A DNA stretch of 64,000 nt from Callorhinchus milii. Lineage: Eukaryota. Every line of letters starts with the position of its first letter. Position 1 is the stretch's first letter. The DNA is taken from contig NW_024704742.1 of the NCBI RefSeq assembly GCF_018977255.1, forward strand, positions 32,304,001 to 32,368,000, in the 5' to 3' direction. Shown here piece by piece: positions 62,970-64,000 of this stretch. The notes below the pieces were generated by a model, which saw nothing but the letters and a program-made list of their open reading frames with translations, ran no database searches and was not told where the DNA came from. The position numbers were made by a program, and so were the translations under genes.

Positions 62970-63478
62970 TCCTCCACAAGCTGCTTATTATTTCCTGTAC
63001 CAAGCTCCGTGAACCGATCAGCCCTATCCTCGCCTGGCATCACTGGCTTCCCATCCCCAGAGGATCGAGTTTAAGATCCTCATGCTCACTTTTAAAGCTC
63101 TCCATGGTCTTCAATCTGCTAAAAGCTTACCACTTGCCCCCTCCCTCCCCTCGGCATGCGCTGACCTGCCCATATCCCCACCCTGCCCACCCGCCATCGG
63201 CAGTCTGGCCTTCCTGCCCCCATCCGCTGGAACCCCAAATCAAAGTTCCTTCACTTCCCTTGCCTTCTTCAAGACCCTTCTAAGTCCTTCCTCTTTGACG
63301 TGCCTCCAGTCATCCTCGCACCCACACCCTCCTTGACCTTCACCCATCTTAATTGTAACCCTCAGCTCAGGTGCAAATCTGTCTCTGTCTGTCAGGTGCA
63401 AAGACTGTCCCAGCACCTTGGGGCATGTTCTCGACATGAAAGGTGCTACATAAATGCAATTTGTTGTTGGTGTTGTGT
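62970..63478 (+). mobile_element. L2 3' fragment (subfamily B)
   Basis: PISPILAWHHWLPI; tail CAGCACCTTGGGGCATGTTCTCGACATGAAAGGTGCTACATAAATGCAATTTGTTGTTG. Confidence 0.88.
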
Positions 63479-63800
63479 ATTTTGTAGGTGAATGATTGTA
63501 GGTGAAAAATAATTACCACACCCACAATCAGCTGCAAACCGAATGAACAATTTTATCTGGGGAATTGTTGGCCTGGACAGTGGGAGAAACTCTCTTCTCT
63601 TTTCAAATAGTGCCGTGTGATATCTTTAACATCCACCTGAATCGGCTGAAGAAACCTCAGTTTTATGTCTCATCCAAAGGATGGCATTTCTAACAATATA
63701 GTATTCTCCGCATGCCACCCTGGAACAGACTTTGTGAGTTCAAAATCCCAATGTGGGATTAGAACCATCTGTCTTGGAGGCCAGAGTGCCACTAACTGAA
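63478..63800 (-). mobile_element. Deu-domain SINE
   Basis: TCAAATAGTGCCGTG...TCTTTAACATCCACCTGAA...TCTCATCCAAAGGATGGCA on +. Confidence 0.8.
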
Positions 63801-64000
63801 TTCGGTTAGCATTTTGGTAGGTCATTGTGTATAGTTTCTGAAAATCAAATTCACTTCAGACAACAACAAGATATCCAGTAGTTGCGTAAAACATAATGGA
63901 TTTTGAATCCAGGAAAATTGGTCCTTTTTAACAACAGGCTAAGCAGAAAAGAGGTTTAGACGGCAAAGAAGCTCCTTAGATTGGATGGTGGAAGCGATGA

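Overview
Eukaryotic, repeat-dense, non-coding DNA (intron or intergenic). The repeat content suggests a cartilaginous fish, probably a holocephalan/chimaera; that assignment is inference. I can support no host protein-coding exon: every recognisable ORF is a decayed piece of an L2 or CR1 LINE ORF2, or spurious read-through of a SINE. The window holds at least two L2 subfamilies (told apart by their 3' ends), CR1 fragments, an old tRNA-headed Deu-domain SINE family, and a younger tRNA-Ala-headed SINE joining a CORE-like segment to the Deu 3' half and an L2-type tail. The most notable signal is two ~100-bp insertions (1043-1139, 42526-42624). Each carries a degenerate minimal type I hammerhead ribozyme motif, is flanked by its own perfect 14/16-bp direct repeat, and starts at the same nucleotide, suggesting a tiny ribozyme-bearing (Penelope/retrozyme-like) mobile element. 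Other signals: recurrent fold-back hairpins built from SINE sequence, three co-oriented CTCF-like motifs at 1.2-1.4 kb, an 88-bp local templated insertion into a SINE, a 30-bp long-range inverted repeat, and a perfect 22-bp palindrome. Boundaries of degraded repeats are approximate (tens of bp).
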